Shown here: positions 7,200 to 16,455 of the stretch, piece after piece | How positions within the stretch are numbered: the stretch's first letter is position 1 | How the letters are laid out: each line of letters starts with the position of its first letter | Source of the DNA: Bacteroidota bacterium | GTDB lineage: Bacteria > Bacteroidota > Ignavibacteria > UBA10030 > UBA8401 | Assembly: GCA_020052095.1 (NCBI GenBank) | Contig: JAGVPT010000159.1 | Coordinates: 1 to 53,610 of the forward strand | Direction: 5' to 3' | DNA length: 53,610 bases | Translations under genes and position numbers: made by a program | The notes under the pieces: generated by a model | The model's input: the letters and a program-made list of their open reading frames with translations, nothing else | What the model was told of the DNA's origin: nothing | Databases searched by the model: none

Positions 7200-9503
7200 A
7201 TGATCGCGAACTTGTGTTTCTCCGTTATAGTTACATTCTCTTTCGTTGCTCTTCCCTCCCTCATTGCTCAACAGCGTGTCCTTCTCCGCATAAACAAAGA
7301 TGGGCAACAAGAGGCGATTTCCATTCGCAAAGGCGAACGTACGGAAGATGTTCTTTCGCGCTTGGATAAAATGGCTCCTGATACTCGTGCTTCTGGTCCC
7401 AGAGACTCCATTTTCAATTTCGGTCCAAACGGCGCGACGAATTTTATCGCCAGCCATCAGGACGTGATGTTCCAGTGGTTTGATCCACAGGCAAGCGGAC
7501 TAGTCCTTGAGTTCGGTTGGAGAAACGGCGCTGACCTCGGGACCATCAAAAAGTCTACTATCCGGGCATGGCAAGGAGACAAACGACTTACGTCCCTACC
7601 CTCGAATGCAATGTCTACAAGTGGGACGGGCTTACCGGGAAATATGGGTTACTATAAAAAATCTGACGATGGCGATGGTCTGAAGACGCCCTTCAGGGAT
7701 GATGCAACGGATACGAATTTTGTCGGCGGCAAAGGTGACTCCCTTACGACTCGCTTCGATCCACTCGGGAAAGAAGCCAAATGGTTACTAGGCGGGCGAC
7801 AATTTTCCCTCGTGCCGGACGCGTGGCAGTCCTTCAAGCTCCTTGACTTCGGTGATTCAATGGTGTTTGCCGCCCATCAACCGTTCGGCTTCACGAAGCA
7901 AAACGACACTAAATTTAGTGACCTCGGCGGATCAATAGACGACGTGAACCAGTTGATCGCTGCAAACGGAGTCGATGCATATCCTTTTCATTCCATCAAA
8001 TTCTATGAAGGAAAACCGGCCAGCAATTATGGGTGGCAAATCCGTGACTATGAATGGAATATGTATGTAATTGTCACGTACACTACGTGTCGCCCCCCGA
8101 AGATCACATACACCCAATTGCGCACAACATTGAAGACGACGCCAAGAAAAGTAAGCGCGACCATTTACGGTTATGACTGTGACGGGCTGACTGAGATAAG
8201 CTCTGTCGACCTATTCAATAAAATGAACAGCGGTGCGTATATCCAGTCTCCAATGACGGGGACTGCACCGAACTACACAGGAACCGTCCCCGGCGCAAAT
8301 CCTGGTGACACGGTAACGTATTACATTACCGCAACCTTCTCAAGTAATTCAACTTTAAGAACAGTTAACACAATGTATACTATTTTCAAACCGACGAAAA
8401 ATGTTCTGTATCTCTGGAACGGCCGGAGTGTTCCAGCGGGCTTTGCTTCACCTACCGTCCTGGCAAGATATGGTATGATGTTGGATAGCACAAATGAAAA
8501 AGTGTACTATGATGTTTGGGATGTTAAAAAGTATGGTACCGATGATATCCCAACCTTGCTGCCATATTATGATCACGTCGTCGAATCGACGGGAGATGGT
8601 GGGTATGCCGACTTAACAATGTTCGCCGGTGGATGGCTGGCTAAAGGTACACTGGTAAAGCCGAAATCATGGTTCTGGTCCGATCAGGACCACGGATTCA
8701 TCAGCAACTTTGATGATACAACATTTTCTGATACTGACCCTCATGCAAAATACTTTGGCGTAAAATCGCTCATTAATCAGGATTATCCGTACTCAGCAAA
8801 CGGGAACGCTAGTCTGACGAAGCCGTGGCAGTTGGATCTCGTTGCCAAAACCGATGATGCGTTCGGCTATATCGATACAAAGATGGCAAAGGACACAGTA
8901 ACCTATTGGTACGATCCGAATTATGAAATGCCGCCGTTCCTGAACTGGATGGATCAATTTGTCCCAACAGCCGGTGCTGTCACGCTTTTCAAGGACAAGA
9001 AAACCAACACCATCATCAACGGAGTACGGAACACCGCAGCAGACAGGTCGTGGTATACCGTGTGGCTTGCGTTCGATTACCTCTCCACAGATTTCCGCAG
9101 TGATACTTCAAGGGCAAAATACGCTACGCCTCGCGCCGACCCCAAGTATAAGTGGATTCTTGACGTTGGGAATCCAATTCGGGAATTCGTTCTACCGAAA
9201 TTGATAGTGGGTAATTCTAAGATGGATGTGGCGGTGTCAAGTAAGTTCTCATTGCAGCAAAACTTCCCAAACCCGTTTAACCCCGTTACAGTGATCAGTT
9301 ATCAGTTAGCAGTAAACAGTTTTGCCACGGTGAGGGTGTATGATCTCCTCGGCCGGGAAGTTGTGACGCTGATGAACGAGGAGAAGTCCGCTGGGAGTTA
9401 CACGGTACAATGGGACGCGACACATATTGCCAGTGGCGTCTATTTCTACAGATTGCAGGCCGGCGCATTCTCCGACACAAAAAAACTCTTGCTCTTGAGG
9501 TGA
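7200..9503 (+). CDS. Secreted protein with a T9SS type-A C-terminal sorting domain; function unknown
   Basis: Signal peptide, an Ig-like segment (YTGTVPGANPGDTVTYYITAT) and C-terminal FSLQQNFPNPFNP...SGVYFYRLQAG..S.TKKLLLLR. Confidence 0.88.
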   Translation: MIANLCFSVIVTFSFVALPSLIAQQRVLLRINKDGQQEAISIRKGERTEDVLSRLDKMAPDTRASGPRDSIFNFGPNGATNFIASHQDVMFQWFDPQASGLVLEFGWRNGADLGTIKKSTIRAWQGDKRLTSLPSNAMSTSGTGLPGNMGYYKKSDDGDGLKTPFRDDATDTNFVGGKGDSLTTRFDPLGKEAKWLLGGRQFSLVPDAWQSFKLLDFGDSMVFAAHQPFGFTKQNDTKFSDLGGSIDDVNQLIAANGVDAYPFHSIKFYEGKPASNYGWQIRDYEWNMYVIVTYTTCRPPKITYTQLRTTLKTTPRKVSATIYGYDCDGLTEISSVDLFNKMNSGAYIQSPMTGTAPNYTGTVPGANPGDTVTYYITATFSSNSTLRTVNTMYTIFKPTKNVLYLWNGRSVPAGFASPTVLARYGMMLDSTNEKVYYDVWDVKKYGTDDIPTLLPYYDHVVESTGDGGYADLTMFAGGWLAKGTLVKPKSWFWSDQDHGFISNFDDTTFSDTDPHAKYFGVKSLINQDYPYSANGNASLTKPWQLDLVAKTDDAFGYIDTKMAKDTVTYWYDPNYEMPPFLNWMDQFVPTAGAVTLFKDKKTNTIINGVRNTAADRSWYTVWLAFDYLSTDFRSDTSRAKYATPRADPKYKWILDVGNPIREFVLPKLIVGNSKMDVAVSSKFSLQQNFPNPFNPVTVISYQLAVNSFATVRVYDLLGREVVTLMNEEKSAGSYTVQWDATHIASGVYFYRLQAGAFSDTKKLLLLR

Positions 9504-9524
9504 AATCTACTAGTTTTTTAGTGC

Positions 9525-9628
9525 AAGGATGAATTAGGAATGAGGAATTGTCAGAAATCAAAATGCTTTCTGACCAGCAGCTATAAATATCTGTTCTTCA
9601 TAATTCTTAATTCCTAATTCATCCTTCC
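9525..9628. repeat. 'Empty' inverted heptamer cassette (same arms as the four-helix cassette, short spacer)
   Basis: Perfect 17-bp inverted repeat AAGGATGAATTAGGAAT (9525-9541) / ATTCCTAATTCATCCTT (9610-9626). Confidence 0.9.
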
Positions 9629-9677
9629 TCCTTCAACTTTTTCGTTCATCTACTACTCATATAACCAGGAAACTCGC

Positions 9678-11387
9678 ATGGACATTCAAAATAGAACTGT
9701 TTTAGTCCTCGGCGGCTGGGGACTTGTTGGATCCGCTGTCTGCCGCTCGCTGATGGATGAGCATCCGAAAAGCATCATTATCACATCGCTGAAGGAATCC
9801 GAGGCCAAGGAAGCGGTCGCGCAGATGAAAAGCGAGTATCCGAAAGCCGGTAAGAATTTTTTCCTCCCCTGGTGGGGAAACATCTTTACGCGGCACGAGA
9901 TGAAAGACATCAACCGCGAAGACATCCTGAACAATTCGAAATTTCGCGCAATGTACATCGACGATATCGTTGACGAGCTCACGGAACCGGTCCTTCATCG
10001 CTCGGCGCTGTTTCAGCTTCTCAACCACTACAAGCCGGAAATCGTTATCGATTGCATCAACTCGGCGACGGCAATTGCGTACCAGGATCTTTTCCAGAGC
10101 GCACGCGATGTGATGAAACAGTTGAAGAATGCGAAACCATCCAATCAGGACGCCCTGCACGAAACCATCGAGCGGCTCCTCTGCACTCTCTACGTTCCGC
10201 AACTGATCCGACACGTGCAAATTTTCTACAAATCGATGAAGCAGGCCGGAACAACTATTTATGTCAAGATCGGAACCAGCGGCACCGGCGGTATGGGATT
10301 GAATATTCCGTACACCCACAGTGAAGAAAAGCCCTCGCGCGTTCTGTTGAGCAAGTCCGCAGTCGCCGGGGCGCATACGCTTCTCCTCTTCCTGATGGGA
10401 CGGACGCCCGATGCACCGATCACGAAAGAAATTAAACCGACCGGCGCGATTGCCTGGAAAAAAATCGGCTTCGGACAGATTGCCAAGCGCGGGAAGCCGA
10501 TCGAACTGTACGATTGTCCCCCCGAAAAGGGAATTACATTGCACGATACATTCACCATTAGAGCAAACGAGGGTGTTGCTTCGCCGACACATCAATTGCT
10601 GCAATCGGTTTTCATCGATACCGGAGAGAACGGGATTTTTTCTCGTGGAGAATTCGAAGCGATCTCCACTCCAGGACAAATGGAGTATGTGACGCCCGAA
10701 GAGATCGCGCAGGATGTCATCTACGAGATCAAGGGAGGCAACACCGGGCACGATATTATCAACGCCCTGGACAATGCGACGCTTGAACCGACCTATCGCG
10801 CCGGCTTCATGTTCAACAGCGCGTTGGAAAAAATGAAGGCGCTGGAGAAGGAGCATAACGTCGACAGCGTTGCATTTGAAATACTTGGGCCGCCTCGGCT
10901 TTCAAAGCTCCTTTACGAAGCGTATCTCCTCAAAGTGGGATTTCTCACGATGCGAACGGTGATCCAATCCGCTGCCAAGGAACTCTCGAGCGCCCTGACT
11001 GAGCTCATCCGGGAAAATCAGACGCTACGATCGCACATCATTTCCATCGGGATTCCCATCCTCCTTCCGGATGGAAAAACGCTGCTGCGGGGAAAAGATA
11101 TTAAGATCCCGCAATACCGTGGAGAGAATGTATTGAAGGTGACAAACAAATCGATCGACGACTGGGCGATGAACGGCTGGGTCGACCTCCGCGTCAGCAA
11201 TATGGAACGATGGAAAAACCGGTTCAAGGATGCGATGTCGGCTGTCGAAAAACTTTCGGAGAGCGAGACAAGCTCCCGCTATTTACGGAACAATGAATAT
11301 TGGAAGAATTTCACCGATATCGATCCGGGAAAGATCGTTGGTTGGATTTTTACCGAGGAAGAAAAAGGCAAGAGGATGAAGGCGTGA
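9678..11387 (+). CDS. Uncharacterised Rossmann-fold (SDR-like) oxidoreductase, 569 aa
   Basis: N-terminal VLVLGGWGLVG dinucleotide-binding motif, Gly-rich KIGTSGTGGMG, AGGA RBS. Confidence 0.75.
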   Translation: MDIQNRTVLVLGGWGLVGSAVCRSLMDEHPKSIIITSLKESEAKEAVAQMKSEYPKAGKNFFLPWWGNIFTRHEMKDINREDILNNSKFRAMYIDDIVDELTEPVLHRSALFQLLNHYKPEIVIDCINSATAIAYQDLFQSARDVMKQLKNAKPSNQDALHETIERLLCTLYVPQLIRHVQIFYKSMKQAGTTIYVKIGTSGTGGMGLNIPYTHSEEKPSRVLLSKSAVAGAHTLLLFLMGRTPDAPITKEIKPTGAIAWKKIGFGQIAKRGKPIELYDCPPEKGITLHDTFTIRANEGVASPTHQLLQSVFIDTGENGIFSRGEFEAISTPGQMEYVTPEEIAQDVIYEIKGGNTGHDIINALDNATLEPTYRAGFMFNSALEKMKALEKEHNVDSVAFEILGPPRLSKLLYEAYLLKVGFLTMRTVIQSAAKELSSALTELIRENQTLRSHIISIGIPILLPDGKTLLRGKDIKIPQYRGENVLKVTNKSIDDWAMNGWVDLRVSNMERWKNRFKDAMSAVEKLSESETSSRYLRNNEYWKNFTDIDPGKIVGWIFTEEEKGKRMKA

Positions 11388-11389
11388 GG

Positions 11390-11418
11390 CAATGAACAAT
11401 GAGTAATGAGTAATAAGT
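11390..11418. repeat. Heptamer array (AATGARY type)
   Basis: C AATGAAC AATGAGT AATGAGT AATAAGT directly after a stop codon. Confidence 0.75.
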
Positions 11419-11461
11419 AGCAGCTAGGTGAGATTATTCCTCAAGCCAATGCACTCCGTCT

Positions 11462-11774
11462 CTCGCTCCCACGCCCTCCGCCACAGGCGGACAAGTGCGT
11501 GGGAACAACCCGACTCCGCCTCTGGCTCCAACGCTCCGCGTGGGAGCTTTGCTCTATCCGGCGAGCTACCTTCTCGTTCCCACGCAGACAGACTGTGTAA
11601 AAAGTAATTATTTCCGATGCACGATTTGGAAAATGTAATCGCTGTGGGGAAAACGTTGCACCCATATCAACAATTCGTGATCGGAGACAATTGAATAGAT
11701 GAATCTGTGAAAAATAATCCCCACTGAAAATTCTTGAGATTACTTTTTACACAAGCTCAGAGCGTGGGAACGAG
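11462..11774. repeat. Cluster of three CTCGTTCCCACGC...GCGTGGGAACGAG-type REP palindromes, the last interrupted by a MITE
   Basis: CTCGCTCCCACGC..GCGTGGGAAC; GCTCCAACGCTCCGCGTGGGAGC; CTCGTTCCCACGCAGA[MITE]AGAGCGTGGGAACGAG. Confidence 0.85.
11589..11758. mobile_element. 170-bp MITE with ~20-bp TIRs and a 3-bp target duplication (AGA)
   Basis: Left CAGACTGTGTAAAAAGTAAT; right ATTACTTTTTACACAAGCTC. AGA at 11586-11588 and 11759-11761. Excision restores the palindrome CCCACGCAGAGCGTGGG. Confidence 0.85.
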
Positions 11775-11848
11775 AAACAGGCATCTTTGACAATTGAACA
11801 GAAAAAAGACACATTCATGTAGTCCTGCACATTACTTCCTAATCAAAA

Positions 11849-12949
11849 ATGCGATTTCTCACTGTTGCATCTCTTATCCCGCTTCTCCTCCACTCACAGT
11901 CCAACCCGAATTTCAACGTCTCTCTTCAGGTTGACTATGCCTCTGCCGAGCAGATCATAGAACTGTGCGAAGGACGAATGTACAATGTAAAGAACGTGAC
12001 GGATCTGAGAGGCACTCAACTCGCCGCGGCGACAAGCATGGTGCTTGCACGGAAAGAGCTTCCCCCGGAAACATTCCAGAGAGAGCTCGAAGGGCTGCGG
12101 GACAAATTCAAAAGCTCCGATGATGTTTTCGGTTTTGCTCCCACGCGCGCGCATCTTGCGGAGATCAAAGCGCTGCTTGAAGAGTATAAGAAGCGGCAAC
12201 TCGATCGCCGCGTGCTCGCGACGATTGAGCAGTTCTTCCCGAATGACGCCAGGATATCGGCAACTCTTTCTGTCTACATAGTTGCGTTTGGAAATGAAAA
12301 CGCCTCGGCGTTTGTCCGGCGGGTCGTGTGGCGGGGAAATACGCCGATATTTGTCGGCGAGGGTCAGGGCGAGCCGATTATTGTTGTCAACCTGCAGCGC
12401 CTTGTCGAAGCCAATCCTGCAACGGAAATTCAGTTCATCGAGACCCTCAGCACTCTTGCCCACGAGACATTCCATGCCGTCTTCGAAGTCTATCAGTCGA
12501 CCTCGCCTGTCTGGAGAGCCATCAACACGCGAAGAGAACCGCCATGGGCGCTTGCAGAACTTGTGCAGAACGAGGGCATCGCCTATCGGATCTCTTTTCA
12601 ACAGCGAGCAGGCGGTTCGCTCCCTCCGAATATTTTCAACGGAGCGAGAAATGCAATCCCTGTGCTCAACAGTGCGATGCTCGAACTTATCTCTCCAGGG
12701 GTCTCTTCGTCGCGGGCCCGCGAATTATTGATGAACGCAAACCTCTCCGGCTCTTTTGAAAAGAACTACGGCGCCACTGCCGGCTTGCTGATGGCATTCG
12801 CCATCGATACAAAATTGGGGAGAAATGCACTTACGGAGACTATCACTAACGGGGTCGGAGATTTTTTCCAGAAGTATGACGCGCTAACGAAGCAGTACGA
12901 TGAATTGCCGAGACTGTCAGAAGAGATTAAGAGGGAATTAGTGAGGTGA
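11849..12949 (+). CDS. Putative secreted Zn-dependent protease (HExxH...E, DUF5700-like)
   Basis: Signal-like N-terminus, LAHETFH, and downstream QNEGIA (gluzincin-type third ligand). Confidence 0.75.
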   Translation: MRFLTVASLIPLLLHSQSNPNFNVSLQVDYASAEQIIELCEGRMYNVKNVTDLRGTQLAAATSMVLARKELPPETFQRELEGLRDKFKSSDDVFGFAPTRAHLAEIKALLEEYKKRQLDRRVLATIEQFFPNDARISATLSVYIVAFGNENASAFVRRVVWRGNTPIFVGEGQGEPIIVVNLQRLVEANPATEIQFIETLSTLAHETFHAVFEVYQSTSPVWRAINTRREPPWALAELVQNEGIAYRISFQQRAGGSLPPNIFNGARNAIPVLNSAMLELISPGVSSSRARELLMNANLSGSFEKNYGATAGLLMAFAIDTKLGRNALTETITNGVGDFFQKYDALTKQYDELPRLSEEIKRELVR

Positions 12950-13043
12950 TTTTCAATTTACGAATTGCGATTTCCGATTTGTCAATGGCATCAGAATGCT
13001 GAAGATCAACAAAATCGAAAATTGGCACTCGTAAATCGTAAAT
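12948..13043. repeat. Inverted heptamer cassette (GATTTAC / GTAAATC family) between convergent genes
   Basis: GATTTTC AATTTAC GAATTGC GATTTCC GATTT ... AAATCGA AAATTGG CACTCGT AAATCGT AAAT. Confidence 0.8.
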
Positions 13044-13046
13044 ATC

Positions 13047-14321
13047 TTACTCGTACCTCAGCGATTCAATCGGGTCGAGATTTGCCGCCTTCCATGCCGG
13101 ATACACTCCAAAGACAATTCCAATAAACGAACAGAAAATAATCGCCACGATATTCAGTCCGAGGGCGGAAAGGCTCACGAACGGCGTCGAAAGGATAGCG
13201 ACGCTGCTGTTCCATGGGAGTATCGGAGGCGCGCTCGTAATTAGAGCGACGACATTCCCGAGAATCGACCCTGCGATAATCCCTATCACACCGCCGATCT
13301 GACTGAAGACGACCGATTCGCTGAGGAATTGCATCAACACGTTGATTTTCGTCGCGCCGAGTGCCTTACGGATTCCAATTTCCTTCGTCCGCTCTGTCAC
13401 CGAGACGAGCATGATATTCATGATACCGACGCCCGCAGCGAGCAGTGCGATGCACGCGATTCCGAGCGTACCGATTTTCACCATAAACGTCAGATCGTTG
13501 AACTGCTTAATGAGTGTATCGTTTGAGAAAATTGCGAAATCGTCTTCCGCCCCGGGCGGAACGTGGCGAATCGTCCGGAGGATCGCCGTCGAAAGCTCGA
13601 TGATATCGTTATAGCTTTCCTGATCCCGCGTTTGGACCATGATGTTGATCGATCGTTGCTTGCCGTAGAGCGACATCGCCGTGGTCAGGGGGATCGCGAG
13701 ATAATTGTCCTGATTTCCGCCAAGAAATCCCCCCTTCGGTTCGACCGTCCCGATAACTCTGAATTTGTTCCCGTCAATTTTTACTATTTCGCCGATCGGA
13801 CTCCCGCGCTCAAATAACTTTTCTACGACGCCATTTCCGAGAACGCAGACCGAAGCTGCGTTATCGACTTCCTGATTTGTAAATGCGCGACCTTGTTTGA
13901 TTGTCCAATTGTTTGTCGGAAATCCTTGTACCGTCTCTCCCACTAAGCTTATGTTAGGATTTGTTTTATCGTTGTTGTGGAAGATCTGCTTGATCCCAAA
14001 CCACGATTCAAGCCCGATGTACTTTGCCTCATTCATGCGCTCGATGAACATTTCGCCCTGCTCGAGCGTGATGTCCTTCCTGTTTCGGGATCGTGAACGC
14101 CCGTCGTGGAAAAAGGTAACGGGGAATTTCTGGATCTGAAACGTATTGGTGCCGAGGCCGCTGAGACCATTCTCGATTGCGTTTTGCAAGACCCCCATCG
14201 CCGTCATGACTCCGATAATGGAAAAGACCCCCACACCGATTCCAAGCAATGTGAGACTTGACCGAAGTTTGTTCACACGGATGGCGATGATCGCCATTTT
14301 AAAGCTTTCCTGTATCTGCAT
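13047..14321 (-). CDS. MacB/FtsX-family ABC transporter permease
   Basis: NKLRSSLTLLGIGVGV, GIMNIMLVSVTERTKEIGIRKALGA and AANLDPIESLRYE. Confidence 0.95.
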   Translation of the reverse strand: MQIQESFKMAIIAIRVNKLRSSLTLLGIGVGVFSIIGVMTAMGVLQNAIENGLSGLGTNTFQIQKFPVTFFHDGRSRSRNRKDITLEQGEMFIERMNEAKYIGLESWFGIKQIFHNNDKTNPNISLVGETVQGFPTNNWTIKQGRAFTNQEVDNAASVCVLGNGVVEKLFERGSPIGEIVKIDGNKFRVIGTVEPKGGFLGGNQDNYLAIPLTTAMSLYGKQRSINIMVQTRDQESYNDIIELSTAILRTIRHVPPGAEDDFAIFSNDTLIKQFNDLTFMVKIGTLGIACIALLAAGVGIMNIMLVSVTERTKEIGIRKALGATKINVLMQFLSESVVFSQIGGVIGIIAGSILGNVVALITSAPPILPWNSSVAILSTPFVSLSALGLNIVAIIFCSFIGIVFGVYPAWKAANLDPIESLRYE

Positions 14322-14331
14322 GGCCTTTTCT

Positions 14332-14442
14332 AAGGATGAAGGACGAATTATGAATTATGAAGAGGAGGTGATGGTACTGCTTTATTAGTCACCCTCTACT
14401 TCTACTCCACAATTCCTATTTCATAATTCCTAATTCATAATT
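14332..14442. repeat. Inverted heptamer cassette between two co-oriented permease genes
   Basis: AAGGATG AAGGACG AATTATG AATTATG ... AATTCCT ATTTCAT AATTCCT AATTCAT AATT. Confidence 0.85.
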
Positions 14443-14443
14443 G

Positions 14444-15685
14444 CTACTCATACCGCAACGCTTCCACCGGATCAAGCTTCGACGCCCGGTTCGCCGGAAG
14501 AAAACCGGAGACGACGCCGACGATGATCGAGATGAGGATAGCTATTCCAACAACGCTCAGCGGCATCGATGTCGGCAAAATCTGATTCACAAGCAAACTC
14601 AACGGATACGAAATGATGATACCGATGATCCCGCCAATGAGAGAGAGAGACGCTGATTCGACCAAAAACTGGAGCAAGATCGTGCTACGTTTCGCACCGA
14701 TCGCCTTCCTGATCCCGATCTCCTTAGTCCGTTCCGTGACCGATACGAACATAATATTCATGATCCCGATGGCTCCGACGAATAACGAAAGAGCGGTGAT
14801 GAATAATCCGATTCCAGCAACGACGGCACCGATAGCGTTGAACGTCTGGATGAACATCTCCTGCTGATTGATGGCAAAATCATCTTCTCCGGTTGGCGGA
14901 ACATGACGGGCCTTCCGAAGAATGCCGCGCAGCTCTTCTTTGGTATCGTCCAGATTCTTGATGTCGGCGGCTTTGACATTGATCTGAATTCCTCGATTAG
15001 CACCGAACCTCCGGATGAACCCTTCGATGGGGACAACAATTCGGTTATCGAGGCTTTCGATTCCAAGAAGACTCCCTTGCTTCTCCATTACTCCTATAAC
15101 GCGGAAGGTTGATGTCCCAATTCTTATCGTCTTTCCGAGAGGAGTCTCATTGGGGAAGAGGTTTTCCGCGACTTCCGATCCTAAAACGCATATCGGCCTT
15201 CCGCCGTCGGACTCCGCTTGATTGAAAAACCGGCCGAAGTCCATTGAAACCCCGCCTGTCTCCAGGTACTGATCGTTCGCGCCGAGAGTAAGTACACCTT
15301 CGGAGCTTTGGCCCTTATACTTCACGGGGGCTCGCGTCCCGGCCATCGGGGTGGCGGATTTGATCAGCGTGGCGTGGCGTTCAATGGCGTCGAATTGCGG
15401 CATCTTTATGTCCTTCCTGTTCCGGTACTTCCACCACTCCCCTTCACCGCCAAACCAGGGCCACTTCTGAACATACAACACATCCGCGCCGATTTTGGAA
15501 ATGCTATCGTTGAAACCGCGGCTGAGCCCCTCGATCGCGGTCCCCATCAGCGTCACCGAAACGATTCCGATCACGATTCCGAGCGTGGTCAACACCGAGC
15601 GCATCTTATTCGCACGGATCGCCTGAAAGGAAATCGCCAAGCCCTCTTTCAACTCGTATGCAAAATCTGCAATTCTCATTCCCAT
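14444..15685 (-). CDS. MacB/FtsX-family ABC transporter permease (paralog)
   Basis: NKMRSVLTTLGIVIG, GIMNIMFVSVTERTKEIGIRKAIGA and LDPVEALRYE. Confidence 0.95.
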   Translation of the reverse strand: MGMRIADFAYELKEGLAISFQAIRANKMRSVLTTLGIVIGIVSVTLMGTAIEGLSRGFNDSISKIGADVLYVQKWPWFGGEGEWWKYRNRKDIKMPQFDAIERHATLIKSATPMAGTRAPVKYKGQSSEGVLTLGANDQYLETGGVSMDFGRFFNQAESDGGRPICVLGSEVAENLFPNETPLGKTIRIGTSTFRVIGVMEKQGSLLGIESLDNRIVVPIEGFIRRFGANRGIQINVKAADIKNLDDTKEELRGILRKARHVPPTGEDDFAINQQEMFIQTFNAIGAVVAGIGLFITALSLFVGAIGIMNIMFVSVTERTKEIGIRKAIGAKRSTILLQFLVESASLSLIGGIIGIIISYPLSLLVNQILPTSMPLSVVGIAILISIIVGVVSGFLPANRASKLDPVEALRYE

Positions 15686-15725
15686 TTTTTCCCTCGCGTC
15701 AGGAGTTTTCCGAAGAACGACTGCG

Positions 15726-16433
15726 TCACGCTACCGTTGGTATAACACGTTTTTGGACATTCTCATCTTTTTCAATCACGCCGTCACGAAGGCGAATGAT
15801 ACGGTGCGCATGTTCGGCGATATACTCCTCGTGCGTCACCAGAATTATCGTGTTCCCTTGATGATGAAGTTCTTCGAACAATGTCATAATTTCATCGCCG
15901 GTCTTTGTATCCAAATTTCCCGTCGGCTCGTCTGCCAGGATAATCGACGGCTTCGTGACGAGTGCCCGGGCGATGGCAACGCGCTGCCGCTGTCCACCCG
16001 AAAGCTCGTTGGGCCGATGATGCATGCGATCGCCGAGGTTGACGTGATTCAATGCCTCGGCGGCGAGTCGTTTGCGCTCGTGCGCATTCACTCCTCCATA
16101 AATCAGCGGCAGTTCGACATTATGCAATGCGTCGGACCGTGGAATAAGGTTGAATGTCTGGAAGACAAAACCGATCTCCTTGTTGCGAATTCTCGCAAGA
16201 TCGTTGTCATTCATTTCGCTGACGTTGGCGCCGTTGAATTCGTACAGTCCGGATGTCGGCGTGTCGAGACAACCAAGCATATTCATGAGCGTCGATTTGC
16301 CGGAGCCCGATGGCCCCATGATCGCAACATACTCGCCGCGGTCAATTTGCACGGTAACATCGTGAAGCGCATGCACTTCTTCCACCCCCATGACGTACGT
16401 TTTGCTGATGTTCCTGATGTTGATGACGTTCAT
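15726..16433 (-). CDS. ABC transporter ATP-binding protein (MacB/LolD type)
   Basis: [35 protein letters not shown] and VTHE. Confidence 0.97.
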   Translation of the reverse strand: MNVINIRNISKTYVMGVEEVHALHDVTVQIDRGEYVAIMGPSGSGKSTLMNMLGCLDTPTSGLYEFNGANVSEMNDNDLARIRNKEIGFVFQTFNLIPRSDALHNVELPLIYGGVNAHERKRLAAEALNHVNLGDRMHHRPNELSGGQRQRVAIARALVTKPSIILADEPTGNLDTKTGDEIMTLFEELHHQGNTIILVTHEEYIAEHAHRIIRLRDGVIEKDENVQKRVIPTVA

Positions 16434-16455
16434 ATGGAAATCCTTGAGGGTGATG

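Noticed and set aside
4757-9503. Complete diversity-generating retroelement (Avd-like gene plus target)
   Set aside because: No reverse transcriptase is present, and I saw no TR/VR pair with adenine-specific mismatches in the window.
9702-10856. Long antisense ORFs (9702-10856, 11894-12601, 36794-37459, 46569-47579 and others)
   Set aside because: They lie opposite well-supported genes and have no motifs, as expected from codon bias.
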